64,000 nt of DNA, taken from the NCBI GenBank assembly GCA_026417755.1, contig JAOACQ010000103.1, positions 8,822 through 72,821 on the forward strand. The letters are read 5' to 3'. This document shows, one piece after another, positions 18,843 through 28,152 of the stretch. Under the pieces are notes generated by a model. It had not been told where the DNA came from and ran no database searches. It saw nothing but the letters and a program-made list of their open reading frames with translations. Numbering within the stretch: position 1 is the first letter of the stretch; every line of letters starts with the position of its first letter. This DNA is from Brevinematales bacterium (GTDB lineage: Bacteria; Spirochaetota; Brevinematia; Brevinematales; JAOACQ01). The position numbers and the translations under genes are program-made.

Positions 18843-19727
18843 TTAACTATCCATTACAACAACTTCTTTATACAAAGCAAGCTGGTTAGATAACTCATAC
18901 TCAAACAAATCTCCTATCAAGACCATATCCATATTTTCAAAAGCCTCTATAACCTTAACAAGTAGAGAATTCATATCTTCATAAAGTTTACTAACTTTTT
19001 CTTGTTTGTCTTCTTTGAAGGTCTTTATATTCCTTTTAAGGAATGTTGTAAGAATTTCCATAACATTTATCAAATATTCTATACTTTGAAGAGCTTCTTT
19101 GTCCTTACCAATCTGAAAAGCCTCAGAAACTTTTGGTAATAAATTTAAACTTTCATCAATCAAATTACCAAGCTCTTCTTTTTTTGGGAGTTGAAAATAT
19201 ATGAGTTTCTCCCTTACAGCTTTCACATAGTTTATAAGACTATCAATAACAGTTATAAGTGTTTCTATGTTAATATCTTTTTCATCTAACTCAAAAAACT
19301 TAATCACTTTTTCTATTGAACTTATTATTGTAATAGACTCACTATTTCCAATATAACCAGTTTTACCGATAGTTTGAATTGTATCTTTAACCCATATAAA
19401 AGCATCAATAATCTCCTGTTTTTGGCTTAACCCTCTCTCTTTAAGCGAATTTTTTACTTCGGTTAGAAGTCTCTGACACTCAAGAAAAAGGTCATAAATA
19501 ACCTCTTCCTTCTTCTGAGCAACAACTTCTATTTCCCTAACATTATCAACAGGCATCTTTGAAAGAGCATCATCATCAAAGTTTATTTCATTCCCATCAA
19601 TTAAAACCCTTGTAATAAGAGCATCTTCAGTCGAAAGTAACTGTGATAAAGACTTAAGAACATCAAGAACATTTTTCTCATTCTCAAGCACAAAATCAAT
19701 TATTTCATTATTAATCTTCAATTTCAT
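18843..19727 (-). CDS. Unknown all-helical protein, first gene of the che gene train
   Basis: 294-aa ORF with an SD (AAAGGAGAA) upstream. No signal peptide and no MCP signalling motif. E/K/L-rich helical repeats. Confidence 0.6.
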   Translation of the reverse strand: MKLKINNEIIDFVLENEKNVLDVLKSLSQLLSTEDALITRVLIDGNEINFDDDALSKMPVDNVREIEVVAQKKEEVIYDLFLECQRLLTEVKNSLKERGLSQKQEIIDAFIWVKDTIQTIGKTGYIGNSESITIISSIEKVIKFFELDEKDINIETLITVIDSLINYVKAVREKLIYFQLPKKEELGNLIDESLNLLPKVSEAFQIGKDKEALQSIEYLINVMEILTTFLKRNIKTFKEDKQEKVSKLYEDMNSLLVKVIEAFENMDMVLIGDLFEYELSNQLALYKEVVVMDS

Positions 19728-19750
19728 TATATTCTCCTTTTTACATTAAT

Positions 19751-19779
19751 AATATAAAACATAACTGAATTTTATTCAA
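19751..19779 (-). promoter_or_regulatory. Candidate sigma70-type promoter TTGAAT-17-TATATT for the che gene train
   Basis: On the minus strand, TTGAAT is at 19779-19774, followed by a 17-nt spacer and TATATT at 19756-19751. It lies ~25 nt upstream of the first ATG (19727). Confidence 0.35.
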
Positions 19780-19869
19780 TAAAAAATAGATTTTATATTT
19801 TTATCACTATAAAATTTTTTTACTTTTTAAAATTAAAGTTTTATAATATAATGTGGAGTTTTTTGAATA

Positions 19870-21474
19870 ATGCGATTAAATAAGTTTTTTATCCTTTTTT
19901 TCTTCTTTTCTGCCTGTATTAACGTAAGTAAATTCTCAAAAGAAGATATTGAACAAGAAAAAAATATTATAAAATCAAAAATCGCAAAGGAAGAGATTCT
20001 ATATATTCAAGTTAAAGAATTTAAAAATGAATCTCAAGTTAAAGAAATAGATTACCTTTCCAATGCAATACCAGATTTAATAATTCAATATCTATTTTTG
20101 TTTGAAAACGAAAATGCATATTTACCATTGAAAATAAAATACACAAATATTGCTAGTGATATTTCAAAAAATTCTTATTTTTTCAAATACCTAACAAACA
20201 TTGTAACTACCATAACCCAGTTTTCAACCAACATTTCCAGAGAAATTTCAAACATTGAATTAATTGAGACAAATATATTAAAGCAAAAAAACAAAAATAT
20301 TCTCGAGTTTAAAACAATCACAAACATACTAACAAATGAAGTTACAAATATTAAGATTTCCAATATAATGGAAACAAACCTCCCAATCCTTACAGAGAAA
20401 AATTTTTATCTTATGATATCAAATGAATTCCCTGAATTAGAAAATGAAATAACAGCCTTAAAAATTGTTCTTTCTAAAACAGAAATAACAAACTCAATTT
20501 ATTCTTCAATTATTACAGGAAAATACAAAATCTCAAAAGATTCAAAAGCAAGTGGACCAAAAATGTTAGAAATTGAAATTAACACCACAAATTTTTTAAC
20601 TTCAACAAACGTAACTAGTTATAAGATAACTTCGAGAGAAGATACCCTCAATGAAAATATAATATTATTTATCAAACCTTACAGAAAATTTATACTTAAT
20701 AAACCCACTGGCGATTTGATAATTAATTCTTCACCAGAAGAGGTAGATGTATACATAAATGGGATCTTCCTTGGCAAAACACCATTATATTTTCCATCTA
20801 TAGAAAGCAAAGCCCATAAAATAACCTTTTCAAAAGAAGGCTATAAAAGAACCACAATGAAATATATCATACAGGAAAACAAAACAAACCTTATCTTTTA
20901 TGATCTTGAAGAAAATAAAACCGGTGGGAAAATAAAAATTGACTCAACCATCTCCAATTCAAGAGTTTTCATAAACTCCATCTATAAAGGTAAAACACCT
21001 TTAACAGTTTCAAATCTCACTTTATTTGATACTCATAGAGTTGTGGTTTACCCGCCAGACACAAATTTAAGTCCCTTTTATTATAACTTCATCTTAAATA
21101 AGGCGGATGAAGATATAGAAATAAACGCTTCATTTAAAACACAAATTGGAAACACTGAAACATTTAAAAAAACCATGTGGGGTTTAAGTTTCTTTTCGTG
21201 GGGCCTTACTCTCACTTTTGTTGGTCTTGATGTATATAACCATTACCTATCAGAATATCACAAAGATCAGTATTATTCCTATAAAAAAACAGAAGATAAC
21301 TATTATTACCAGTATTATGATTATATGAGTAAGATTTTTTATAATTACTTTTTATTTTCCACAATGTTTTCAATGGGTATGACTGCTTTAGCACTTAACT
21401 CGGAAGATATATATATCGGAATATATCAGTTAGACAACAAAACTCTTTTAGCAACAGTAAATTTGAGATTTTGA
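19870..21474 (+). CDS. PEGA-domain lipoprotein with C-terminal membrane/Tyr-rich segment
   Basis: 534 aa with lipobox FFSAC. Two PEGA-like units (INSSPEEVDVYINGIFLGKTPL...ITFSKEGYK and IDSTISNSRVFINSIYKGKTPL). C-terminal hydrophobic helices flank a YYSYKKTEDNYYYQYYDY stretch. Confidence 0.65.
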   Translation: MRLNKFFILFFFFSACINVSKFSKEDIEQEKNIIKSKIAKEEILYIQVKEFKNESQVKEIDYLSNAIPDLIIQYLFLFENENAYLPLKIKYTNIASDISKNSYFFKYLTNIVTTITQFSTNISREISNIELIETNILKQKNKNILEFKTITNILTNEVTNIKISNIMETNLPILTEKNFYLMISNEFPELENEITALKIVLSKTEITNSIYSSIITGKYKISKDSKASGPKMLEIEINTTNFLTSTNVTSYKITSREDTLNENIILFIKPYRKFILNKPTGDLIINSSPEEVDVYINGIFLGKTPLYFPSIESKAHKITFSKEGYKRTTMKYIIQENKTNLIFYDLEENKTGGKIKIDSTISNSRVFINSIYKGKTPLTVSNLTLFDTHRVVVYPPDTNLSPFYYNFILNKADEDIEINASFKTQIGNTETFKKTMWGLSFFSWGLTLTFVGLDVYNHYLSEYHKDQYYSYKKTEDNYYYQYYDYMSKIFYNYFLFSTMFSMGMTALALNSEDIYIGIYQLDNKTLLATVNLRF

Positions 21475-21484
21475 AGGTAAAAAT

Positions 21485-22051
21485 ATGGAAATAATAAACA
21501 CAGAATTTAAAGACCTATATATAATTAAACCAAAAGTTTTTGAGGACTACAGAGGTTTTTTCTTTGAAAGTTATAATAAAAAAATTTTTGAAGAAAAGGG
21601 TTTATTTTACAACTTTGTTCAGGATAATCAATCATTATCAAAAAAAAATGTTTTTCGTGGCTTTCATTATCAACTGGAACCATATTCTCAAACAAAGTTA
21701 GTAAGAGTTTTAAAAGGAAAGGTAATTGACTATGCTATTGATCTCAGAAAAGGTTCCCCTACCTTTGGTAAATGTTTTTCAATAGAACTATCAGAAGAAA
21801 ACAAGCTACAAGTTTTAATACCAAGAGGTTTTGCTCATGGTTTTCTTGTTTTAAGTGAGACTGCTGAATTTTTTTACAAATGTGACAACTATTACAACAA
21901 AGAAAGTGAGAGAGGGATAAGATTTGATGATCCTGAAATCAACATAAATTTATCGATTAACAAAGAAGATATAATTATATCAGATAAGGATAAAAATCTA
22001 CCTTACTTAAAAAATGCAGAGCTAAATTTTATATATGGAGAAACAAAATGA
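21485..22051 (+). CDS. rfbC: dTDP-4-dehydrorhamnose 3,5-epimerase
   Basis: 188 aa containing DYRGFFFESY, RGFHYQ and PRGFAHGF. Confidence 0.9.
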   Translation: MEIINTEFKDLYIIKPKVFEDYRGFFFESYNKKIFEEKGLFYNFVQDNQSLSKKNVFRGFHYQLEPYSQTKLVRVLKGKVIDYAIDLRKGSPTFGKCFSIELSEENKLQVLIPRGFAHGFLVLSETAEFFYKCDNYYNKESERGIRFDDPEININLSINKEDIIISDKDKNLPYLKNAELNFIYGETK

Positions 22052-22908
22052 ATGTCCTTGTCACAGGTTCAAACGGTCAACTGGGTTCTGAAATAAAAGA
22101 ATTGTCAAAAAAAGAGGATATTAATTTTAGATTTACTGATGTTATTGAATTAGATATAACAAATTATAGAGAGATCGAAAAATTCTTTCTAAACCATCAA
22201 TTTGAAATAATAATCAATTGTGCTGCCTATACTGCTGTTGATAAAGCAGAAACAGAAAAAGAAAAAGCTAGGCAGATTAATTCTTATGCTTTAAAAAATC
22301 TTGCAAGGATAGCTAACAAAACCAATGCATTATTAATTCACATTTCTACTGATTTTGTATTTGACGGTAAAAAAAATACACCTTATACAGAAATAGATAA
22401 ACCAAACCCTCTCTCTATATATGGTAAAACTAAACTTGAAGGCGAAAAAATAGCCTTAAAAGAGGCGAAAAATCTAATAATTTTAAGAACAAGCTGGTTA
22501 TATTCTTCTTATGGAAATAATTTTGTAAAGACAATTATTAAAAATGCAAGAGAGAAAAAAAACTTAAGAGTAGTATATGATCAAGTTGGTACTCCCACTT
22601 ACGCAAGAGATCTTGCTCAAGTTATAATTTCAATCTGTAAAAAGAATCCAAAAAAAATAAAAGAAATTTTCCACTATAGTAATGAAGGAGTGACAAGCTG
22701 GTTTGATTTTGCAAAAAATATTTGTGAACTTTCAGATATAAGATGTGAAATTACCCCCATCTTAACCTCTGAATACCCTTCTATTGCTAAGAGACCGCAT
22801 TATAGCGTATTAAACAAAAGTAAGATTAAAACTTTTCTCGATATACAAATCCCGTACTGGAAGGATTCATTAAAAGAATGTGTTAAAAAATTAGAGGGTG
22901 AAATATGA
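22048..22908 (+). CDS. rfbD: dTDP-4-dehydrorhamnose reductase
   Basis: 286 aa containing VTGSNGQLG, INCAAYTAVDKAE, STDFVFDG and YGKTKLEGE. Confidence 0.9.
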   Translation: MNVLVTGSNGQLGSEIKELSKKEDINFRFTDVIELDITNYREIEKFFLNHQFEIIINCAAYTAVDKAETEKEKARQINSYALKNLARIANKTNALLIHISTDFVFDGKKNTPYTEIDKPNPLSIYGKTKLEGEKIALKEAKNLIILRTSWLYSSYGNNFVKTIIKNAREKKNLRVVYDQVGTPTYARDLAQVIISICKKNPKKIKEIFHYSNEGVTSWFDFAKNICELSDIRCEITPILTSEYPSIAKRPHYSVLNKSKIKTFLDIQIPYWKDSLKECVKKLEGEI

Positions 22909-23534
22909 AAACTTTTATGAAAAATCTAAGAAAATCATTTATTGAAGGCTTAATATTTATTATTCCTATAAGTATAATGTTATGGATAATATACTATGTA
23001 TTCAAACTATTTTATGGTATGTTTCATTTTGCAATATATTTTATTCCACTAGAAATAAGACAATTGCCTTATATTAAAATTACCGTAACCATTATCGCCT
23101 TTTTGATTGTGCTTTTGCTTATAATAATAATTGGTTTTTTAGTCAATTCATTCTTTGGAAGATTAATCAGGTCATTGTTCGATAAAATATTTTCAATTGT
23201 GCCAATTTTTAAGACATTTTATGATTCTTTAAAACAACTTTCTTCTATGATTTTCAAAGAAAAAAAAGCAGAATTTTCTTCTGTTGTTCTTATAGAATTT
23301 CCAAAACCTGGCAGTTATAGTGTTGGTTTTATAACTTCAAAAGTAGATAAAAAGATCATTTCAGAAGATGGCAAAGAATATATAAGTGTTTTCATACCGA
23401 CTTCTCCAAATCCAACTACAGGATTTACAATTATTACAGAAAAAGATAAAGTAAAAAAAATAAATATTTCTGTAGAAGAAGCCTTGAAATTTGTGGTATT
23501 TGTAGGTTCACTACAGGAAAATGGGGAAAAATAA
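22905..23534 (+). CDS. DUF502-family membrane protein
   Basis: 209 aa with two N-terminal TM helices and the characteristic FIPTSPNPTTGF motif. Confidence 0.7.
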   Translation: MKTFMKNLRKSFIEGLIFIIPISIMLWIIYYVFKLFYGMFHFAIYFIPLEIRQLPYIKITVTIIAFLIVLLLIIIIGFLVNSFFGRLIRSLFDKIFSIVPIFKTFYDSLKQLSSMIFKEKKAEFSSVVLIEFPKPGSYSVGFITSKVDKKIISEDGKEYISVFIPTSPNPTTGFTIITEKDKVKKINISVEEALKFVVFVGSLQENGEK

Positions 23535-23553
23535 AACAGATAAGGGGACTTAA

Positions 23554-25011
23554 ATGTTAAACGAAAAATTTACAAAAATTGTTTCAACAATTGGACCTTC
23601 TTCTTCAAGCGAAAAAATCATAAAAGAGTTAATCAAAGAAGGGACTGACGTTTTCAGACTTAATTTTTCTCATGGAAGTCATGATGACCATCAAAACTCT
23701 TTAAACAATATCAGAGCGATGGCTTTAGAATCCAACAAACCTATTGCTGTATTTCAAGATCTACAGGGACCAAAAATCAGGATCAACCAACTTGAAAACA
23801 AAACCCTTGAATTAATAAATGGTGAGGAATTTATAATAACCACTGAAGAGTTAATGGGGGGGATTAAAGATAACAAAAAAATTGCCTCCATAGACTATAA
23901 AAATCTTCACAAAGAAATTTTCAGTGGTGCAAGAATATTGATAGACGATGGACTTATAGAACTAAAAGTAAAAAAAATTGATGGCAAAAAGATTTTAACA
24001 GAAGTTATTAATGGGGGTATTCTCAAAGAAAGAAAAGGAGTAAATTTACCTCATGTCAAACTCAAGATATCCTCAATTACAGAAAAGGATCGTAATGACT
24101 TGAAATTTGCATTTCAAAATGAACTTGAATACATAGCTCTCTCCTTTGTAAGAAATAGTAACGATGTCAAAGAACTAAAAGAAATAATGTTTAAAGAGTA
24201 TTTTAAAACAATCCCTGTAATAGCAAAAATAGAAAAACCTGAAGCAATTCTTGATATAGATAATATAATAGATGCGGCTGATGCTATAATGGTTGCAAGA
24301 GGAGACCTTGGAGTAGAAACTTCACCACAGGAAGTCCCGGTTTTACAAAAAAAGATAATAAGAAGATGCAACTTGGCCGGTAAACCAGTAATAACAGCAA
24401 CTCAAATGCTCGAATCAATGATAAACAATCCACGTCCCACAAGAGCAGAAGCAAATGATGTTGCAAACGCTATACTTGACGGCACCGATGCAGTTATGCT
24501 TTCTGGAGAAACAGCTATGGGCAAATATCCTGTAGAAGCAGTTCGTATGATGAAAGAAATAGCAAAATACGTAGAAGAAAGTGCTATATTTAAATCAGTA
24601 GAACTCAAAAGAAATTTAACAGAAACAGAGCTTATGGAGATAACAAAATCAGACACAGAGGAGGCTACTACATTCGCAACTATAGAAGTAGCAGAAAAAA
24701 TATGTGCAAAGTATATCACATGCTTTACAAATAGTGGAAATACAGCCAAGAAAATAGCAAAATACAGACCTTTGATCCCTAATATTGCCTTCACACCTAT
24801 TCCTCAGACAGCAAGAAGACTTTCTCTTGTCTGGGGAGTAACACCTATAGAAATAGGAATAGTACAAACTGTAGATGAACTCCTTGAAGGAGCCTCAGAA
24901 ATTCTTAAATTCAAGAATTTAGTGAAAGAAAATGACTTTGTGGTTATAACTGCTGGTGTCCCAGTTGGGGTATCTGGAAGCACAAATATGATAAAAGTGG
25001 TAAAAATCTAA
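23554..25011 (+). CDS. pyk: Pyruvate kinase
   Basis: 485 aa containing [35 protein letters not shown] and TATQMLESM. Confidence 0.9.
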   Translation: MLNEKFTKIVSTIGPSSSSEKIIKELIKEGTDVFRLNFSHGSHDDHQNSLNNIRAMALESNKPIAVFQDLQGPKIRINQLENKTLELINGEEFIITTEELMGGIKDNKKIASIDYKNLHKEIFSGARILIDDGLIELKVKKIDGKKILTEVINGGILKERKGVNLPHVKLKISSITEKDRNDLKFAFQNELEYIALSFVRNSNDVKELKEIMFKEYFKTIPVIAKIEKPEAILDIDNIIDAADAIMVARGDLGVETSPQEVPVLQKKIIRRCNLAGKPVITATQMLESMINNPRPTRAEANDVANAILDGTDAVMLSGETAMGKYPVEAVRMMKEIAKYVEESAIFKSVELKRNLTETELMEITKSDTEEATTFATIEVAEKICAKYITCFTNSGNTAKKIAKYRPLIPNIAFTPIPQTARRLSLVWGVTPIEIGIVQTVDELLEGASEILKFKNLVKENDFVVITAGVPVGVSGSTNMIKVVKI

Positions 25012-26027
25012 AAAAGGCTTAAATCCTCTTCTATAGAATGATATTTGATACCTAGATGTTCATAAGCTAACTTTGAAGCTACTCTACCTCTTGGTGTTCT
25101 TAATAGAAAGCCCTGTTGGATAAGAAATGGTTCATAAACATCCTCAAGGGTTTCTATTTCTTCATTTATAGTTGCTGATATAGCAGACAAACCCACAGGT
25201 CCACCTTTATATCTTTTGATTATTATCTCAAGTATTTTTCTATCCATAGCATCAAGCCCCTTATGATCTATTTCGAGTTTAGTTAATGCATAATCAGAAA
25301 AACTTCGATCTATAGGTTCTACCTTTTCAACAAGAGCAAAATCCGAAACTCTTTTGAGAAGTCTATTTGCAATTCTTGGGGTCCCGCGAGATCTTTTTGC
25401 TATTTCACTTAAAGCATCTTCTGAAATCTTTATACCAAGAATTTTTGAACTTCTACCGACGATCTGCTTTAAACTTTTTTCGTCATAAAAATCAAGCCTC
25501 TCTATAATACCAAATCTTGATCTTAAAGGTCCTGTTAAAGAACCTATTCTTGTAGTAGCTCCAATTAAGGTAAAATGAGGAAGATTGAGTCTAATAGTTC
25601 TTGCCCCTGTCCCTTCACCAATTATGATATCAACCTTAAAATCCTCCATTGCAGAATATAAAACTTCCTCAAGATTTTTCTTAAGCCTGTGTATTTCATC
25701 TATAAAAATTATATCTCCTTCTTCAAGAGTTGTAAGAATGGCTATTAAATCCCCTTGTTTTTCTATCGCAGGAGCTGAAGTAATTTTTATATTTCTCTGA
25801 AGTTCATTTGATATAATTCTTGCGAGCGTTGTTTTACCCAGACCAGGTGGACCATATAAAACAACATGATCAAGAACACTTTTTCTGATTTTTGAGGCTT
25901 CAACAAAAATTTTTATATTATCCTTCACCTTATCCTGACCAATAAAATCATTGAAACTTGATGGTCTTAAAGTTTCATCAATATCTCCATTAACAAATGA
26001 AGGACTTGTTATTTTTTCTTCTATCAT
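25008..26027 (-). CDS. ruvB: Holliday junction branch migration helicase RuvB
   Basis: 339 aa containing [32 protein letters not shown] and GATTR. Confidence 0.95.
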   Translation of the reverse strand: MIEEKITSPSFVNGDIDETLRPSSFNDFIGQDKVKDNIKIFVEASKIRKSVLDHVVLYGPPGLGKTTLARIISNELQRNIKITSAPAIEKQGDLIAILTTLEEGDIIFIDEIHRLKKNLEEVLYSAMEDFKVDIIIGEGTGARTIRLNLPHFTLIGATTRIGSLTGPLRSRFGIIERLDFYDEKSLKQIVGRSSKILGIKISEDALSEIAKRSRGTPRIANRLLKRVSDFALVEKVEPIDRSFSDYALTKLEIDHKGLDAMDRKILEIIIKRYKGGPVGLSAISATINEEIETLEDVYEPFLIQQGFLLRTPRGRVASKLAYEHLGIKYHSIEEDLSLF

Positions 26028-26085
26028 AATTTTACTCTTTTATTATTATATTTTCTAAGTAAAAAAAATGCCAGTTTTAACTTTT

Positions 26086-26114
26086 TTGAATATTAATCAA
26101 TTTTGTTATATAAT
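26086..26114 (+). promoter_or_regulatory. Sigma70-type promoter TTGAAT-17-TATAAT; -10 ends 6 nt before the ATG (leaderless candidate)
   Basis: TTGAAT at 26086-26091, 17-nt spacer, TATAAT at 26109-26114, ATG at 26121. No SD lies between them. Confidence 0.45.
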
Positions 26115-26120
26115 AAATAT

Positions 26121-27128
26121 ATGAGAAAACATAAAATAACAAGAAAAGATGTAGCAGAAAAAGCAGGTGTATCTCCTTCTACAGTCTCAAGAGCATTAAA
26201 TGACCATCCATCTATTCCTAAATCGACAGCGGAAAGAATAAAAAAAATAGCAAAGGATTTGAATTATATACCTTCTCATCTTGCCAGAAGTTTTTATCAA
26301 AAAAAAAGCTATAGAATAGGTATAGTTATTCCATATTATGTAACAAAAGACAAAATAGAAACCGTCCATTCTGAATATTTCTCTCAAATGCTTTTTGGCT
26401 GTATAATAAGTGCTTCAAAAGAAAACTATACAATAAGTGTAATCTCTGATAACGGTATGAACGAAAAGGAACTTGCAAGAACTGTCCTTTCTCATACTGT
26501 AGACGGACTTATCTTCTTAGGAACAAAATATAAAGACCAAAGATTTTATTATCTTCTTGAAGAAAATATTCCCTTCATACTTGTTTATAATTACTTACCG
26601 GATAAAAATTCTTTATTCATAGATATTGATTCAATGAGTGGTATGAAAGAGGCTTTTAATTATCTTAGCTATATTGGAATAAAAAAGTTAGCTTACATAG
26701 GTGGAAACAAAGAATATATTAATGCAATCGATAGAGAAAATGCTTATCTCTCCCTTGTAAAAGAATTTAATATGACAAATCTTAAAATCGTTGAAGGAAA
26801 CTTTTCAAAAGAAAGTGGGTTTGAAGCCGCAAAAGAAATTGCAATTAATCCATTACCCGAAGCTGTACTTTGTGCAAACGACCTCACAGCATATGGTTTA
26901 ATAAAAGGACTTGAAAAATTAAATATAAAAGTGCCTGATGATATAAGAGTAATAGGTTTTGACAATCAGGAGATTTCCCTTATTTCCTCCCCCACAATAA
27001 CAACTATAGATAACCCTTTTTATAGGGTTGGATATTTAGCAGCAAAAAATTTGATACACTTTCTTAATAATAAAGAGGTTATCTCTCAGAAACTTGAATC
27101 AAAACTTGTCATCAGAGAATCAGCATAA
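26121..27128 (+). CDS. LacI-family transcriptional regulator
   Basis: N-terminal HTH ITRKDVAEKAGVSPSTVSRALN plus a periplasmic-binding-protein-like sugar-binding core. I prefer the ATG at 26121 to the track's TTG at 26103, which lies inside the promoter. Confidence 0.85.
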   Translation: MRKHKITRKDVAEKAGVSPSTVSRALNDHPSIPKSTAERIKKIAKDLNYIPSHLARSFYQKKSYRIGIVIPYYVTKDKIETVHSEYFSQMLFGCIISASKENYTISVISDNGMNEKELARTVLSHTVDGLIFLGTKYKDQRFYYLLEENIPFILVYNYLPDKNSLFIDIDSMSGMKEAFNYLSYIGIKKLAYIGGNKEYINAIDRENAYLSLVKEFNMTNLKIVEGNFSKESGFEAAKEIAINPLPEAVLCANDLTAYGLIKGLEKLNIKVPDDIRVIGFDNQEISLISSPTITTIDNPFYRVGYLAAKNLIHFLNNKEVISQKLESKLVIRESA

Positions 27129-27140
27129 AAAGGGGAACTT

Positions 27141-28082
27141 ATGAAATGGAAAATATTTGTTGATGGTCAATCTGGCACAACAGGTCTGAAAATAAACGAA
27201 AGACTTAACTTAAGAAATGATTTAGAGATTCTTTCAATCCCAGAAGAAAAGAAAAAAGATCCTCAAGCAAAAAAAGACTATCTTAATTCTGCCGACATAG
27301 TCTTTCTTTGTCTTCCCGATGAAGCCGCAAAAGAATCCGTAACATTAATATCCAACCCAAAAACAAAAGTTATAGATGCAAGTACTGCTCATAGGGTTCA
27401 TCCTGAATGGACATATGGACTTGTAGAATATGAAAAAAATTATAGAGAAAAAATAAAAAATTCTAAGAGAATATGTGTGCCGGGTTGTCATGCTACCGGT
27501 TTTATTCTTGCCTTATATCCTCTTGTTAAAAAAGGAATTGTCCCAGTAAATTATCCTATAACCGCTCATTCAATTACTGGTTACAGTGGAGGAGGTAAAA
27601 AACTTATTGAAAAATTTGAAACAAACCAAGATAAAATAAGCTGGAAAAGCACAAGACATTATGCCTTAAATCTTACTCATAAACATCTACCAGAAATGAC
27701 AAAATATACTCTCCTCTCAGAAACGCCGATTTTTACACCCATAGTCGGAAATTTTTACAATGGAATGGTTATTGGCATTCCTCTGTATAAAAAGTTAGTT
27801 TCAAAGAATATAAATCTTAAAGATATATATGAGGTTTTATCAGAACATTATGCAAATGAACCTTTTGTGAAAGTATATGAAGGAAATAATGAGTTCCTTG
27901 AAGAAGGATATTTTGACCCAACAGCCTGTAATGGAACAAATATGGCAGAAATCTTTGTCTTTGGTAATGAAGAACAGTTCATTCTTCTCACCAGACTTGA
28001 CAATCTTGGAAAAGGAGCAAGTGGAGCTGCTATCCAGATAATGAATCTTCTTCTGGATGTTAACGAAGAAACTGGATTATAA
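27141..28082 (+). CDS. argC: N-acetyl-gamma-glutamyl-phosphate reductase (short, 'uncommon' form)
   Basis: 313 aa containing DGQSGTTGL, the active site VPGCHATG, and NLGKGASGAAIQ at the C-terminus. Confidence 0.85.
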   Translation: MKWKIFVDGQSGTTGLKINERLNLRNDLEILSIPEEKKKDPQAKKDYLNSADIVFLCLPDEAAKESVTLISNPKTKVIDASTAHRVHPEWTYGLVEYEKNYREKIKNSKRICVPGCHATGFILALYPLVKKGIVPVNYPITAHSITGYSGGGKKLIEKFETNQDKISWKSTRHYALNLTHKHLPEMTKYTLLSETPIFTPIVGNFYNGMVIGIPLYKKLVSKNINLKDIYEVLSEHYANEPFVKVYEGNNEFLEEGYFDPTACNGTNMAEIFVFGNEEQFILLTRLDNLGKGASGAAIQIMNLLLDVNEETGL

Positions 28083-28093
28083 CAAAAAATCTA

Positions 28094-28122
28094 TTGATAT
28101 TTTACAAAAAATTAATTACAAT
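28094..28122 (+). promoter_or_regulatory. Sigma70-type promoter TTGATA-17-TACAAT
   Basis: TTGATA at 28094-28099, 17-nt spacer, TACAAT at 28117-28122. The inverted repeat ATTAATT-AC-AATTAAT (28111-28126) overlaps the -10. Confidence 0.4.
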
Positions 28123-28152
28123 TAATGAAATCTTTTTTGAGGAGGAGTGGTT

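Noticed and set aside
26103-26120. Upstream alternative starts proposed by the ORF track (TTG 26103, ATG 31258, TTG 47780, ATG 51231, ATG 38018, ATG 35911)
   Set aside because: - 26103 and 31258 fall inside the predicted promoters.
- 47780, 51231, 38018 and 35911 lack an SD.
- In each case a downstream ATG has a good SD and gives the canonical family N-terminus (the LacI HTH, the CaCA first TM helix, PhnI MGYVAVKGG, PhnM, L35 MPKIKTHK).
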